A stretch of DNA of 63,499 nt, taken from NCBI GenBank assembly GCA_031835245.2, contig JAVKOQ020000085.1:124001-187499 (forward strand). Reading direction: 5' to 3'. Made by a program: the position numbers and the translations under genes. Shown here piece by piece: positions 12,701-24,587 of the stretch (position 1 is the stretch's first letter; each line of letters starts with the position of its first letter). The notes under the pieces were generated by a model that saw only the letters and a program-made list of their open reading frames with translations, was not told where the DNA came from and did not search any database. The stretch is from Balamuthia mandrillaris (Eukaryota).

Positions 12701-14994
12701 CGGGCTCAGACACCAGCTCGGTTACCACCCAATTGCTCACCTTTTTGCATAATCATCATAGCAAGGTATTAATAATACTGCTATAAGCGAGAACACCAAG
12801 GTGTCCCCTTGATCAGTAAGCCTAGGTACCTGATTGAATCGCTCTATCATGGATATGATGTTAGGAGCCTTCTCCAGACGATCAGCCTTAGTCCATGCTT
12901 GGTTTAGGCATTCCCACGGTTTAATGCTTTGGTACAGGTCAAACTCGATGAGGGTTAGCTGCCTTGCTATTTCTAGTGGATGTAAGTCCATAAACTTTAG
13001 GTCGTTGTAATCCACCGATAGTGACCTTCCGCTTGGATTGATGGCGATAGTCAAGATAGAAGCCGGCGGAGGATGATCAAACACAAACTCTTTCTCTTTC
13101 TTCTTTCCTTCCAACTAAGTTGCAATAATATGCTAGTCAGTCAATCAATAAAATCATAGACAGAGAAGGAAAGCAGTAACCTCTCTTTCCATGATTCTCT
13201 CCAACTGAGCTCCAGCCTTGGCCATCGCTAAGTCTCCACCGAGCCGCATTACACTACACGTAAAGTGCTTGAAAGTCTCCATGAGAGTAGAATTCTCGGC
13301 GAAGTCATAAACATGACCTTGAAGCCATGCTTTTAATACATTCACCACCCTAGTTTAATTTGGTTAGTTTAATAGTTGCAAACTGGAAAGGCGCAAGGAC
13401 AAACCTCAAGCGAACTGGAGTGCGAACAGCCTTGTGCCACTTTTCTAGTTCCTCACCAGCTATGTTGGGGGGAGGCGGCATGTTATACCTTTTGAATGTA
13501 AAATAGAATAGAGTGTAAATGGGAGAAGCTATCTGAAAACAAAGCGACTGGGCGTTATTACCGTAACATCAACAATCTAAATAGCTCAGTGGCGGAAGTA
13601 AATGACCGGTAGGTCATCAAGAACGCTATCATGAAATCGGGATCTAACAGGACGTGTTAGATAACGAACGTCACAAAGGGCTAAGAAGGAGAGAGAGGAG
13701 AGTAGAGACGGAGGAACTTACCAGGATAGGCAGGGAAAGTAAGGCGTTCTACCAGTTTGACTATGGTAGCTCCCTTGATAACTTGTTTGTCTCCAGAACC
13801 TCCTTCATTTGTGTCATTCGTGAACAGGATGTTGCTGTCTGAGTCCCGCTCGTCAAAGATATTTGCTTGATCGGCAGCGGCAGTGGTGGCCTCCAGCTCA
13901 AACTGACTATTGGCCGCATGAATAGCATCTGGTGTGGTAATGGTGCTGCTGCGTCTGTTCACTTTGCCGGGAGGGACCGGACGTGTACCATGATGCAACC
14001 CTGGAAGGACGCTTGGTAGCATTGTTGTCATTGTAGATCGAGGACGCACTTCATCTGGCAGCACCCTTGCCTCACTGTCATTGTTGCAGTCAACGGGAGA
14101 GGAGCCACTACTTGTGGAGGCTTCCGGCAACGTGGGCGCTAGAGGAAGCCGGAGGCTCCAAGAGCCTTTATTGTTGTTGTTGGCTGCTCCATCAGAGCCG
14201 CTGTGGTGATGATGTTGATATGGGTCCTTATTGTGAGATGGGAGGGACCTAAACTCTATCATGCTGCCACCGGGTGTGCCTACCACAAGCGACTCTTCGG
14301 AGGACTCTTGTTGTGCGGACATAGTTCTACCACTGGATGGGCGCGTGTCGCGATGACCGCCACTGCTAAAGGCTGGCCCCATGGTTCCACCTTCTGGATA
14401 GACTTGTCCTGCCACAAAGTCTTCGGTTGCGACACAGCAACCAAGTTAAAAAGTGAGACAAACCATGAGCAAAGAGGACAGCTGTTTAAGAGGGGGTGAC
14501 GTGGTAGATGAGCATGTACCTTTGGGGGCCGTATTTAGATGAGGAACGCCTACGCGGAAGGCGGAAGAGGTGCCAGTGTGGTGAGTCGGGCCGCTTGATG
14601 TGGGCGGTGCTCTATTTGGAGGAGTACTGAAAGATACGCTGCCAGAAGAACCAGCCAAGGCTCTGGCTTGCATAGTGGCCATTAGTTCGGCGTTCATGTG
14701 TTTCTTTAGTGCCAAGGTTCTGGAGGGAGTTCCTCCGTCCATACCATAGTGTGAAGCAGATGTAGATATAAAACTGCTTGAAGAGCTTGACGAAGGAGAG
14801 GAGGAACTGGAACAAGCTGACGACAGGGAAGAAAGTGAAGAAGGAGAGGAGCTGGGAGAATCTGGTTGAAAGGAGACTGTAGGTGATGTGGCGGAGGGGG
14901 CAGAAGAGGTGGCATGGTTAGTAGAGGCAATTTCCTTGTTTGCAGAGTCTTCCTTGTATGTTTTTTTCTTCTTTCGAAAGAAAACCGAAGACAT
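9732..14994 (-). CDS. Ras guanine nucleotide exchange factor with two tandem REM+CDC25 modules
   Basis: REM1 IKGATIVKLVERLT, CDC25-1 HPLEIARQLTLIE...[20 protein letters not shown]; REM2 IKAGTLEKLVERLT, CDC25-2 ADEVAAQLAIVE...PPCVPNL; Ser-rich N-terminus and short coiled-coil-like C-terminus. Confidence 0.88.
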
Positions 14995-15377
14995 GGCGAG
15001 AAAAAGTAACAAGGTGGACGAGAAGCCGATCAAAAACGGGGAAGAGGGCGAGCGAAAACACTCAAGTCTTAAACCGCAAGTTATCCGTGCAAAAAAAGAA
15101 CGAATGAAAGTCTCGCTTGCCACCGCTTCTACTTTGAGCCCTTCGAAGATCCTCTTGTGGTTGGCGTTGAACTTTTTGTGGGGGTATGTTAACTTTTTTT
15201 TTTTGTTGCCTTTTGGTGGGTGGGTGGGTGGGTGGGTATTGTATTGCTGCAGCGGCAGGTTGGCCCGCGTAAAGCGGGGAAAGGAAGCGGCACAAATGGG
15301 CCAACCGACGTAACTGAACCCTCAGGCAAATTGTTTTTTTTGCTAATTCTTTTTTTGGTTGGGCGCAAGAAGAGGCA

Positions 15378-17340
15378 TCAATAGCCTTCCTCCTCCTCTT
15401 CCTCTCCGCTGCCACTATCGGGATCATCGTCCACAATCTCGGGGAGTTCTTCTTCGTCTTCCTCCGCTTCTTCCAACAAGTGGCCTTGAGGTTGGGGTTG
15501 CGGCGATTTGGCTGTATTGGCGGTAGAAGTACTGCTGTTGGTGACGGTAGTTTTAGGGACAGCAACTTTAGGAGCCGCCTCTGTCGACTCTAATTCCATA
15601 CCGTGGGACGGTTCCTCCTCTCTCTCTTCCTCTTCTTGTTGCACAGGGAGGGTGATAGAACCAACTGTGGTTGATGACAATGATGTTTCACGTTCAATAA
15701 TCGGAACTTTGGGGGATGCCTGCGAAGAAGTGTTAAGGAAAGTGATGGTGGTAACGGCAGTTGTGGCGGAGGAAGTGTGGCTTTCTGAAGTAGACATAGC
15801 AGGGGGTGTGCCTCCCAAAAGATCAGCAAACTGATCTGATGATTGTTGTTGTTGTGTTAATATTGTTGGCGGTTGACGAGAGTGCTGAGATGAGGGAACA
15901 GGGGTAGTGGCAGCATTTGTCATGTTTGCTATTAGATTGGAAAGGGTTGAAGAGGCAGGGATAGGAGGTGGCATCAGAGATGGAGGCACACGTGGATGAA
16001 TGTGAACCTCACATATACGCAGGAACTGGCCACACAACGCAGAGACGCGAGGAGACGGGTCGCGACTGCCTGCTGTGAAGAGGTCTAGTGCATAAGGGAA
16101 GACTGTTGGTAGGCCACTTACCGGAGAGAGCACTGAGGCAAAGAGGAGCTGGTATAAAGTGGCTCTGGTGCGTGGAGAGGAGGCAAGGGCGTGGTAATAG
16201 GCGGTGGAGGCAAAGAAGCTAAGGTCTTGCTTGGCGGTAGGCCGATGGCGAAGGCGCTCCTTTTTGTTACAGAGACTAAGGAGTGACACTACAACAGCAT
16301 CGAGTTGCTGCCGCAGGGAGTGTGGCAGCAGGGAACCGCCTTGGCTTACTATCGCGTAAATGGCCTCAGTCAGAGGCTGCAGGCTTCGCATACTTGCATC
16401 TGATGCATCCGCTCCGCAATACTGTCACAATTGCTCCTCAGTTAAGTAAACGGTTCTTCGTTCTAGTTTGCAAAGAAAAACAGAACGCACCTGCATTTGA
16501 CCCAGTGGCTGAGCAGCAACGGGTGTTGTGTGGACAGCTTGCTTCTTAGAAGCTTTTGACCGCTGGGCAGTAAGCGTAGTGGTGGTCTCATCCACTTGGC
16601 ACTGCAAAAAGCAGGTCTTCAGCTCGGCCAACAGCTTACCCAATATCTCTGCGGCAAAGTGTGGACATAGACCCGATCCTAATATCGTAAAGCACTGAGC
16701 GATCGAATGGTGGACAACAGGACGAACGCTAGTCAGTGGTCCTTGGGTAGTTTGTTGCAAGGATTGTAGCAATAGATTGCCAATGGTGGCAGAGAGTGGA
16801 AGCAACTGTCGATGAGCACAGCGGAGCAATGCACTCAACAATTTGTACGCATGTCTATGAAGGAACGGAAGAACGCTGCGAAGCTCGGCCTGAGTAAGCA
16901 GGCAGTCTGTTGTATCGTATCCATCCTGTATATCGGTGCAATCATTAGTATATTTCATATTGGCCTCTCTCCCCTTCTCTGTCTTTCTTTCTTTCTTGTC
17001 GTTTCTTTCTTTTTTCTTGAGCCACTCGAACGTACTGATAAGGAAGTAGTGTCTAAGGCAAAGATCCGACACAGTAGGTGAAAAATGGCCTCTATAGGCA
17101 CCGCTCTAACAGGAAAGTGAGCTGTGTTGTGACCTTCCAGACATTGCTGTAGACATTGCAAAAGTCCATCAAAAAGGCATTCATATCTGGATAAGCGAGC
17201 AAAGTCCATCGGGAAGTTGGCACGTGGGGAAAATGAATATGCCAAATAAACCAAAGGCCCGTCCTGTGGAATCTTTACGGTGTCTGAGAATTGTCGTCGG
17301 TAGTCTTAGTTTGGCTGAAAAATGAACGAAATAAACTAAC

Positions 17341-17379
<39 letters not shown>

Positions 17380-18404
17380 CGCGAGAGCGAGAGAGATACC
17401 GGGCTCTAATGTAACGTCCAACAGAGTATGGACAGACAACAGAACACGCCCAACTGTTTGTCTCCATTCTTCAGCTTCACCACAAACAGTTTTCAAGGTA
17501 AGGCAAGTCGCAGCCAACTGTGTTTGTAAAACTAATGATAAATACATTGCCAGTGTCATCACACGAGAGGATGTGGAGGTAACAACCTTGCGGGTGGGAG
17601 GGTGTTCGCTGGAGAGCAGCGGTAGACAACATGCCTCTATATTCTGCAGCTGTGAACGTAACGAAGTGGTCATGCTACGCAGACACAAACACAACGCTTG
17701 CAATATCTCTGCTGTCTAGTAGTCGGCGTTGAGAACATAAAAGCCTCTTTCACAATTCTAAAACAAAGAGAGAAAAATCAAATACAAACCTCGGCATTAT
17801 TTGGAGGATAAGACTTGAAAGGACGAAGAAGCGCTTTGACGGCTTTGGCCAAGGATTGAAGGTGGTCGTGGCGGAGCTGAGGGAAAGAGCAGACTTTGAA
17901 AACGAGGCGACCCAGGGTGGTGGCAGCGGCTCCTCTTAGGCCTGGCACCGGTCGTCCTCGATCAGCTTGCTGCAAAAAACAGAAAAAAAGAGCGTTTTAA
18001 AATTGATGAAAAAAACACCAGAGAGAGAACAACAGTACCGTCAATAACTGAGGAAGCAGAGTGAGAAGCATCTCTCCTTTGGAGGAAAGGATCTCGCTGA
18101 GTCGTTCCAAAGACACTACTTCCTGAAGGGTCATAGAGAAGAACCTGAGGGAGATGTACCGAAAAATAGGGCTCTTGTGGGCCATGAGCTGAAAGAGCTG
18201 CTGCAGCCACTGCCGCCAGACTTTCTCCGGCATGGCCTCCACCGCCAAAGCTTTGCTCTCATCCAACAGCGAGCTCAGCAAAGGCAGCTGGGCCAACCAC
18301 GCCGTAACATTCTCCTTTTCTTTGTGCTCCGCCGCAGAGCTCTGCAGCAGGTCCGCCACAATCTCCAGAAGCTGCGCTGGCCGCGTCGTTGCTGCTGCTT
18401 CCAT
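15378..18404 (-). CDS. PELP1: PELP1/Rix1-like pre-60S rixosome subunit
   Basis: Leu-rich helical N-terminal region, conserved IHPRVPP motif, Pro/Thr/Ser-rich linker and acidic tail ELPEIVDDDPDS. Confidence 0.75.
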
Positions 18405-18439
18405 TGTCACTCCTCCTTTCTTTCTTCTTTCTTTATGTT

Positions 18440-18548
18440 TGTGGCACCACAAGAGCTGTAGGTTCGAACCCGGTTGCCGCAATTCCATTTGTTCCACGAC
18501 AAAAGCACAGGAGGGGTCGCAGGTTCGAACCCTGTTGTGGATTCGAAT
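18440..18548. promoter_or_regulatory. Two B-box (TFIIIC)-like elements AGGTTCGAACCC inside tRNA-fragment-like hairpins
   Basis: Identical 12-mer at 18460-18471 and 18521-18532, each enclosed by a terminal stem; no D-arm or anticodon arm. Confidence 0.5.
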
Positions 18549-18667
18549 TTCTCTCATTGTGCGGAGCCCTGTAAACAAAAGTTTGGATGAAAGAAGCAAG
18601 CGGGTGAGGAAGCGGAGCAGCAGGCACCAACAGACGTTTCAGACAGGACCACGAGTCTGCCTTCCAC

Positions 18668-19540
18668 ATGGACGTTCGGCTGGCTCCTGATGTAGAAACG
18701 CCTGAAGACTTTTTGATAGGAGTAAACGAGAGGCCAGAACGGTTTTATGGCCTATGTAGGCTTTCCATCCATTTTTCATCTTCCTCTTTCTGCTTGCTCA
18801 TGCTCTGTTCTGTTTTTGTGGTTGCCAGCCTACGATAACTACGCCCAGTGGGAGGCTTTTTACTCCGACTTCTCCTCCGAAAGGCATTCCAGACGAGAAA
18901 GGAAGAGAAAACGACGGAGGGTGCGACGCCTCTTCCTGGCCATGCTGGCCGCCATCCTCGTGGCTATCCTCCTGGCCTTGGTCTACTACATATGGGCCAC
19001 CTCCCAGGAGGAAACACGGCGGCCCCGCACCGAGTGGTGGTATGTGCTGCTGCTACGCTCCCTTCGTGGAGACCGCTCAGCGCAGCCAAGTGCTGGCTTG
19101 CCGTTGGGTGGTGGTGCTTTCAAACCATCACAGCAACAGCCAGGGGACTACGCTGGTGATGGCAAGACGACTGGCATGGAGGGAGCGGTAGGGCAGCTAG
19201 AAGGGGAGGGAGGAGCAGAGGAAGGAGACGGGGGAGAGCAGACTTGTAGAAATACTGTACAGGGAAAGGAATGGCTCACGGATGATAAGGGTACTGTTCC
19301 AGCCACACTTCTACGCTCTTGCTTACTTTCAAGAACTAACAAACGAAGGGTGGTGAACGACAGGTTTTGTGTGTAGACGAAAAGACCAAATGGACGTGGA
19401 GCGGCGGCATTGCTGCCAAACCTCTCAACAGACCGGCATACCCCGCTTCTCGTGCTACAGCTGCAACCAAACCACTCACTGCTGTGCTGTCTATGAGTAC
19501 TGCGTTTCTTGTTGCTTAGGCCCAGCACAGGTTTTCGCTC

Positions 19541-19586
<46 letters not shown>

Positions 19587-19849
19587 GTCTCTCTAACGCA
19601 CAACAACTGGAATAGGTGCAAGTGGTGGGAGGGTCGTTGCTGCAGAGTAAAGTAGGAGGGGAAGCACTGGCGGCCAACAGGGACTTGCTGTTCGACGTGT
19701 GTCTAGCACTGTGCCGCACCTCCTCCAGCAGCGTGGTGGACCAGCACCACTACAAAAGCCCCCAAAAGCATTGCTTTGGTGGTTGGTCCCAATCGGCCGC
19801 CCCTACCGATGCTAATGGGAAGAGGATGAAGCGAGAAGCAAGTGGTTGA
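18668..19849 (+). CDS. SPRING1: SREBP-regulating gene protein (SPRING1/C12orf49, UPF0454)-like type II membrane protein
   Basis: Basic patch plus TM helix, then Cys-rich domain CRNTVQGKEWLTDDKG, CCAVYEYCVSCCL, FDVCLALCRTSSSSV...KHCFG; start chosen from a phase-compatible upstream exon. Confidence 0.8.
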
Positions 19850-20023
19850 AAAAAAAAGTGAAGTAATAAAATAATAGGAAGGCAGTTGGTAGACTGCCGC
19901 TATGCAAGCAAGTTTGGTTGTGATTAGTGGTCATTGGGAGAGAAAGCTTCTGGAGTATCTTCTTTGTCATCATGTCGCAATGAGTGTTGTTTCTTTCTTT
20001 ATCTTTGTTCCTTTTCAAAACAC

Positions 20024-20477
20024 TTAGGAGGAGACCTGGATCTTGTAACCGCTCAAGATTTGACCCCATCCAATCAACCTGATGATGATAAAGATGAGCT
20101 TCCTCACTTCCAAAGCAATTACAAAATAGAGAAGAAGGTAGAGAAAACAAACCTCCAATGTTTCTCGACACGTCTGCTGAGAGCAATCTTTTCACCCTCC
20201 ATTGTACAAACAGGAGAGATCAAAACTATCTTGGCAAGATCCTTCCTGACACCGATGACACGTCCTCCGGTGGATGTGGAGCCGATGTTGACCATCAATG
20301 TTTCTCCTTTGGTGAGTTTGGTGACCTTGCTTTGCTTTCCGTCTCCGTCCGCTTTGACACCCAACAAACGTCGCAGCAAGAAAAAGTTGATTTCCAATTC
20401 AGTAAAGATGTCTGGGAGCTTGCCAACCTCTCCCAAAACCTGTTCGACAAGGATTAAGTTGTGAGTTGTTTCGCTAC

Positions 20478-20523
<46 letters not shown>

Positions 20524-22099
20524 CCTGTCCGACAAGTCTGTCTCCTCGGCAAAGGGTGGGATCAATCTTTGTACCGACACCGATAAGTCCGCCGGGTACG
20601 GCGTATTCCAGATCGTTACGCTCTGCGAACAGAGACACTATTTTGGAGAAGATGGGTACACACTTCACGTTGCCATCCGCATCCTTTGCAACAATTCCGG
20701 GGCGCACCTCAATTTCATCTCCCAACTACAATAAAGCAGGAGATACGAGCACGATACTGACGTTAGTTCAGAAACAACAAAGAGTAAGTGAAGGATTTGC
20801 ATACCTTCAGTACACCTTGGATAATACTGCCTCCTGCAACGCCTCCTTTCAAATCATCAACCTCAGTACCAGGCTTATTTACATCAAAGGATCGAATCAC
20901 GATGAGACGAGGGGAAGAAGTGAAATCCCGAACAGGGATGGGGATCTTCTTGCAAATGTACTCGCAAATAACGTCAATGTTATACTTGAGCTGTGCAGAA
21001 ATGGGAATGATGGGCGCGTTTTCAGCAATCGTTCCTATTGAAGTTCCCAACATAAGCGAAACAACTTAATGAGAGAGAATCACCAAGGGCACAACAGTAT
21101 AATCGTACCCTTGACGAAGGTAAGAATTTGCTTGTGTTGATCCCTGGCAGCAGCTTGCTTTACCAAGTCGATCTTGTTTTGCAAGATAAGAATGTGTTTA
21201 AGCTTCATGATCTCGATGGCAGCCAAGTGCTCAGAGGTTTGGGGTTGAGGACAGGACTCATTGCCTGCCACTAGAAGGAGTGCTGCATCCATGACAGCTG
21301 CACCGTTAAGCATGGTAGCCATGAGAATGTCGTGGCCCGGACAATCCACAAAGGATACGTGTCTTAAAAGGAGTGCAAGTTTTTAAAAAATAATGAGCTC
21401 ACTGATCTTTTTGTATTGTGAAGGCATACAAACCTTTTCAGCTGCATTTTGCCTTTGCAACCAGCGTTGGGGCAAGGGAACACGTCCTCCTTGTTGCTGC
21501 CAAAAGATCGGAAGCGACCAGGTCTAGCGCAACTAGGGTTGTCGCACTCATAGATCTTTGCGTTGGCATAACCAAGCTTGATGGTGATGTTTCTCACCAA
21601 CTCATTCTTGAAGCGAACCGTCTGTTTGAACGAGCAGTGAGCAAACCAAGCGAAGGGGGCACAATAAAAAGCAGAGGATTGGGAAGGAAGAGAGAACAGG
21701 GAAGACAGTGACTGACCTGCACTCCAGAAATAGCTTTAACAACCGTAGATTTTCCGTGGGCTACGGCGGCCAATGGTACCAATGTTGATGGTTGCCTGCC
21801 TAGAAATAACCTCCGGGGAGAGAGGGTGAAGCTTGGCAGGGTCGAGGGTGGTTCTGTCCTGCTTAGCCAAGTGGCTAGTGTCATACCCTTCCTCTCCCTC
21901 TATGGTGAAGGCTGTTACTGACTCCTCTGCCTATTTGGCCAGCGACAAAGCAAAAAAGAAAGAAAGAGGCGCAGATCGAGGAAAAAATAAGAAAAGCATA
22001 GGAATAAAAAAAAGTGTCTAAAATAGCAAAAACAAGCCTCTCTCAAGCAAGAACCAAAAAAAAAGAGAATGGACGATCTCGCGAAGAAGTGTGTACCAT
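20024..22099 (-). CDS. EIF2S3: Translation initiation factor eIF2 gamma subunit (apparent frameshift near 21766)
   Basis: [59 protein letters not shown]; exon 1 contributes only ATG. Confidence 0.95.
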
Positions 22100-22467
22100 G
22101 TTTGCTCGGTGGTCTGTGTGTGTGAAAGAAAAGAGAAGAGGTGGGGCCCCAAGAACCTTGCTTTGTTGAATCCGCTGCGAGACGCTGCTTTTCTTTTTGC
22201 CTGCTATTGCGGGGAAGAAGAAGGAATGGGAAAAAACTGCCTCGCTTGAGGGGCAGCCACTGGAAGCCGAGAGAAAATCAGGAAAATTGGGTTTCCGTCG
22301 ACAATTCTGCACGAGGAGCAATCCACCGCTAGAGCCGCATGAGGGGTCTATGATAGTAGAAAAAAAGTAAAAGAAAAAGAAAGAGCGCAAGTGGTGGCGG
22401 CGGTGCTTGACGGCGTGGATCAAAAACAGCAGAACCAAAAGAACAAAAACACAGAGATCTAGCAAGG

Positions 22468-22908
22468 ATGAGTATCGGCATTCCCATCAAGGTGTTTCAT
22501 GAAGCCAAAGGACACACGGTGACGGTTGAGTTGAAGACCGGAGAGCTCTATCGTGGCACCCTCGCAGAAACGGAAGACAACATGAACTGCCAGATGAGCA
22601 ACATCACCTACACAGCCAGAGACGGCCGCGTCACAAACCTGGAACAAGTTTACATCCGAGGAAGCAAGATACGGTTCATGATCCTACCAGACATGTTGAA
22701 GAACGCTCCCATGTTCCGGGCTGTTGACACCAAGTCTGCAGCTGGAAGGGGCAAAGGCGCTGGTGTTCAAAAAGGTACTGTTCGCTTTATTTTGGCACTT
22801 TGCAGCGGTGGTTTGTGTGCTCACCCTTTTGTTGTTTTTCTCACTTTAGCGTTAGGAGGCAGAGGCATAGGCCGAGGCTTTGGAAGACCATCCCGAGGAA
22901 GACCTTGA
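22468..22908 (+). CDS. SNRPD3: Small nuclear ribonucleoprotein Sm D3
   Basis: [16 protein letters not shown]...[22 protein letters not shown] plus RG-rich tail; one intron ~22775-22849. Confidence 0.95.
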   Translation: MSIGIPIKVFHEAKGHTVTVELKTGELYRGTLAETEDNMNCQMSNITYTARDGRVTNLEQVYIRGSKIRFMILPDMLKNAPMFRAVDTKSAAGRGKGAGVQKGTVRFILALCSGGLCAHPFVVFLTLALGGRGIGRGFGRPSRGRP

Positions 22909-23120
22909 ACCCGTGTTGTCCCTCTCCTGCTTCTGCTCTTGTTCCTGTTTTTTTGTTTGTCTCACCACAAAATAGAACGAAAAAAGGCTTTTAAGTCCCA
23001 GAAAACGATGGTTGTTTGTACCTCAAAACTCGGTTCGCTCTTCTCTTCTTTTGCTTAAAAGTTGTTTGTTTATGTTCATAAGTAGCAGAAGAGAAGCCAC
23101 CAAACCAGAGCAAACATTTC

Positions 23121-24537
23121 TTAGGAAGACAGAGGCTTTCTGGCGATGAACCTGGCGCCACCGAGGTTTCCTCCAGCATAGAGCTCTCGCACCACGTTGT
23201 AAAAGTATCTCAATCGATTGTAGGTATCCTCTCGGTGCACTTTAATCAGTTGCTCCTTCTCCGCATCAAACTTTTCTACTCGCTGCTGGGTGAAAGCAGT
23301 CCAGTCCTCCGTCAGGTCGTCCACCTTCACGAGCTCGAAGCCAGCCTTTTCCAGTTGGTCTTTGTAGGTGGACATGGATGGAATGTAGGAAGCAAACACC
23401 TCCGTTTCCAGTGTCTTCTTCTCTGCCGCCGTCAACGCCCCCTTCTCGAAAAAGTCCTCAGCAAAGAAGACGCCTCCTGGCTTCAGAATTGAGTAACACT
23501 ACACCACGAGCGAGAACGAGTTTCCCAGTTAGAGAGATGGATGATAGAAGCGAAGAATCAACGAACCAGTTGGAAAAGCTTTTCTCGGTTGCCGATATGA
23601 AGCACGGTGAGCCAGGAAACAATGGCATCGTAACCCTCGCTCTTCAAGTGTTGCCCTATTTGCAAAAAGTCGCCGGCCTGTTTTCCAATTAATGAAAAGG
23701 CATTAAAGTAAGTATGGAAGGTGCTCTGTGGTTGAATACTGTTGGAAGACAGCTGCGTACCATGTGATGGACTTTATCCCGCAGGCCACAGCGCTCTGTA
23801 AGTTCCGAGGCAGCTCGGTGCAGCTCATCTGCGAGAGTGACGAGGAGGAAAGGTTAGCACAGCGAAGCAGCTGACTAGATATTCGTTTCGAAAACAAACC
23901 CTGCAACTCAACGGCCAGTACTTGGCAGCCTAATTTACCAGCAAAGTAGCGGGCAGGGCCTCCCAATCCTGATCCTATGTTCACCACGTTGCTCTCTGCG
24001 GATAAGTTCAACTCCTGAATGCACCAGTCTAATGCTTCTGTTCCATGGTAGTGGTGCTGTTTGGGTCATTAAAAAGGTCAACGTTAATAACTTCTTCTTT
24101 TCATACTTCTTTCCTTCATTCTCTGCTGGGGAATACATACCTGATCATAAGGAATGAGGTCCTGATAAGAGATGCGGCCATGGTCCAATCCTGCAGCCGA
24201 AAGGTTGTTACGCAGTCCTCGTAAAAGTTCAGGTTTGTTGTACCTTTGTTATAAGAGGGTTACCATATAATAGAGAAGAGAGAGAAGAGAGGAAGAGAGA
24301 GATACGTACAATTTCACGAGCTTAATGTCTTTTTGTAAGTGGGCCAATTCTCCATACAATAGATTCTCCAAATGTACATCAGCAGAAGAAAGGACCTTTG
24401 CGTGAGCTAACACCTTTACTGCCCGCTCCAATGCTCCCTCTGATACGGAGCTAGATGCCACTATATCCACATTGCTGTACCACCTGTTACATCCCAAAAA
24501 AAAAGTGGAGTGGTAAGAATGATTGATGGCATGAAAT

Positions 24538-24587
<50 letters not shown>

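Noticed and set aside
18440..18543. Canonical tRNA genes
   Set aside because: A T-loop/B-box is present but there is no room for D and anticodon arms and no A-box; kept only as a tRNA-like element
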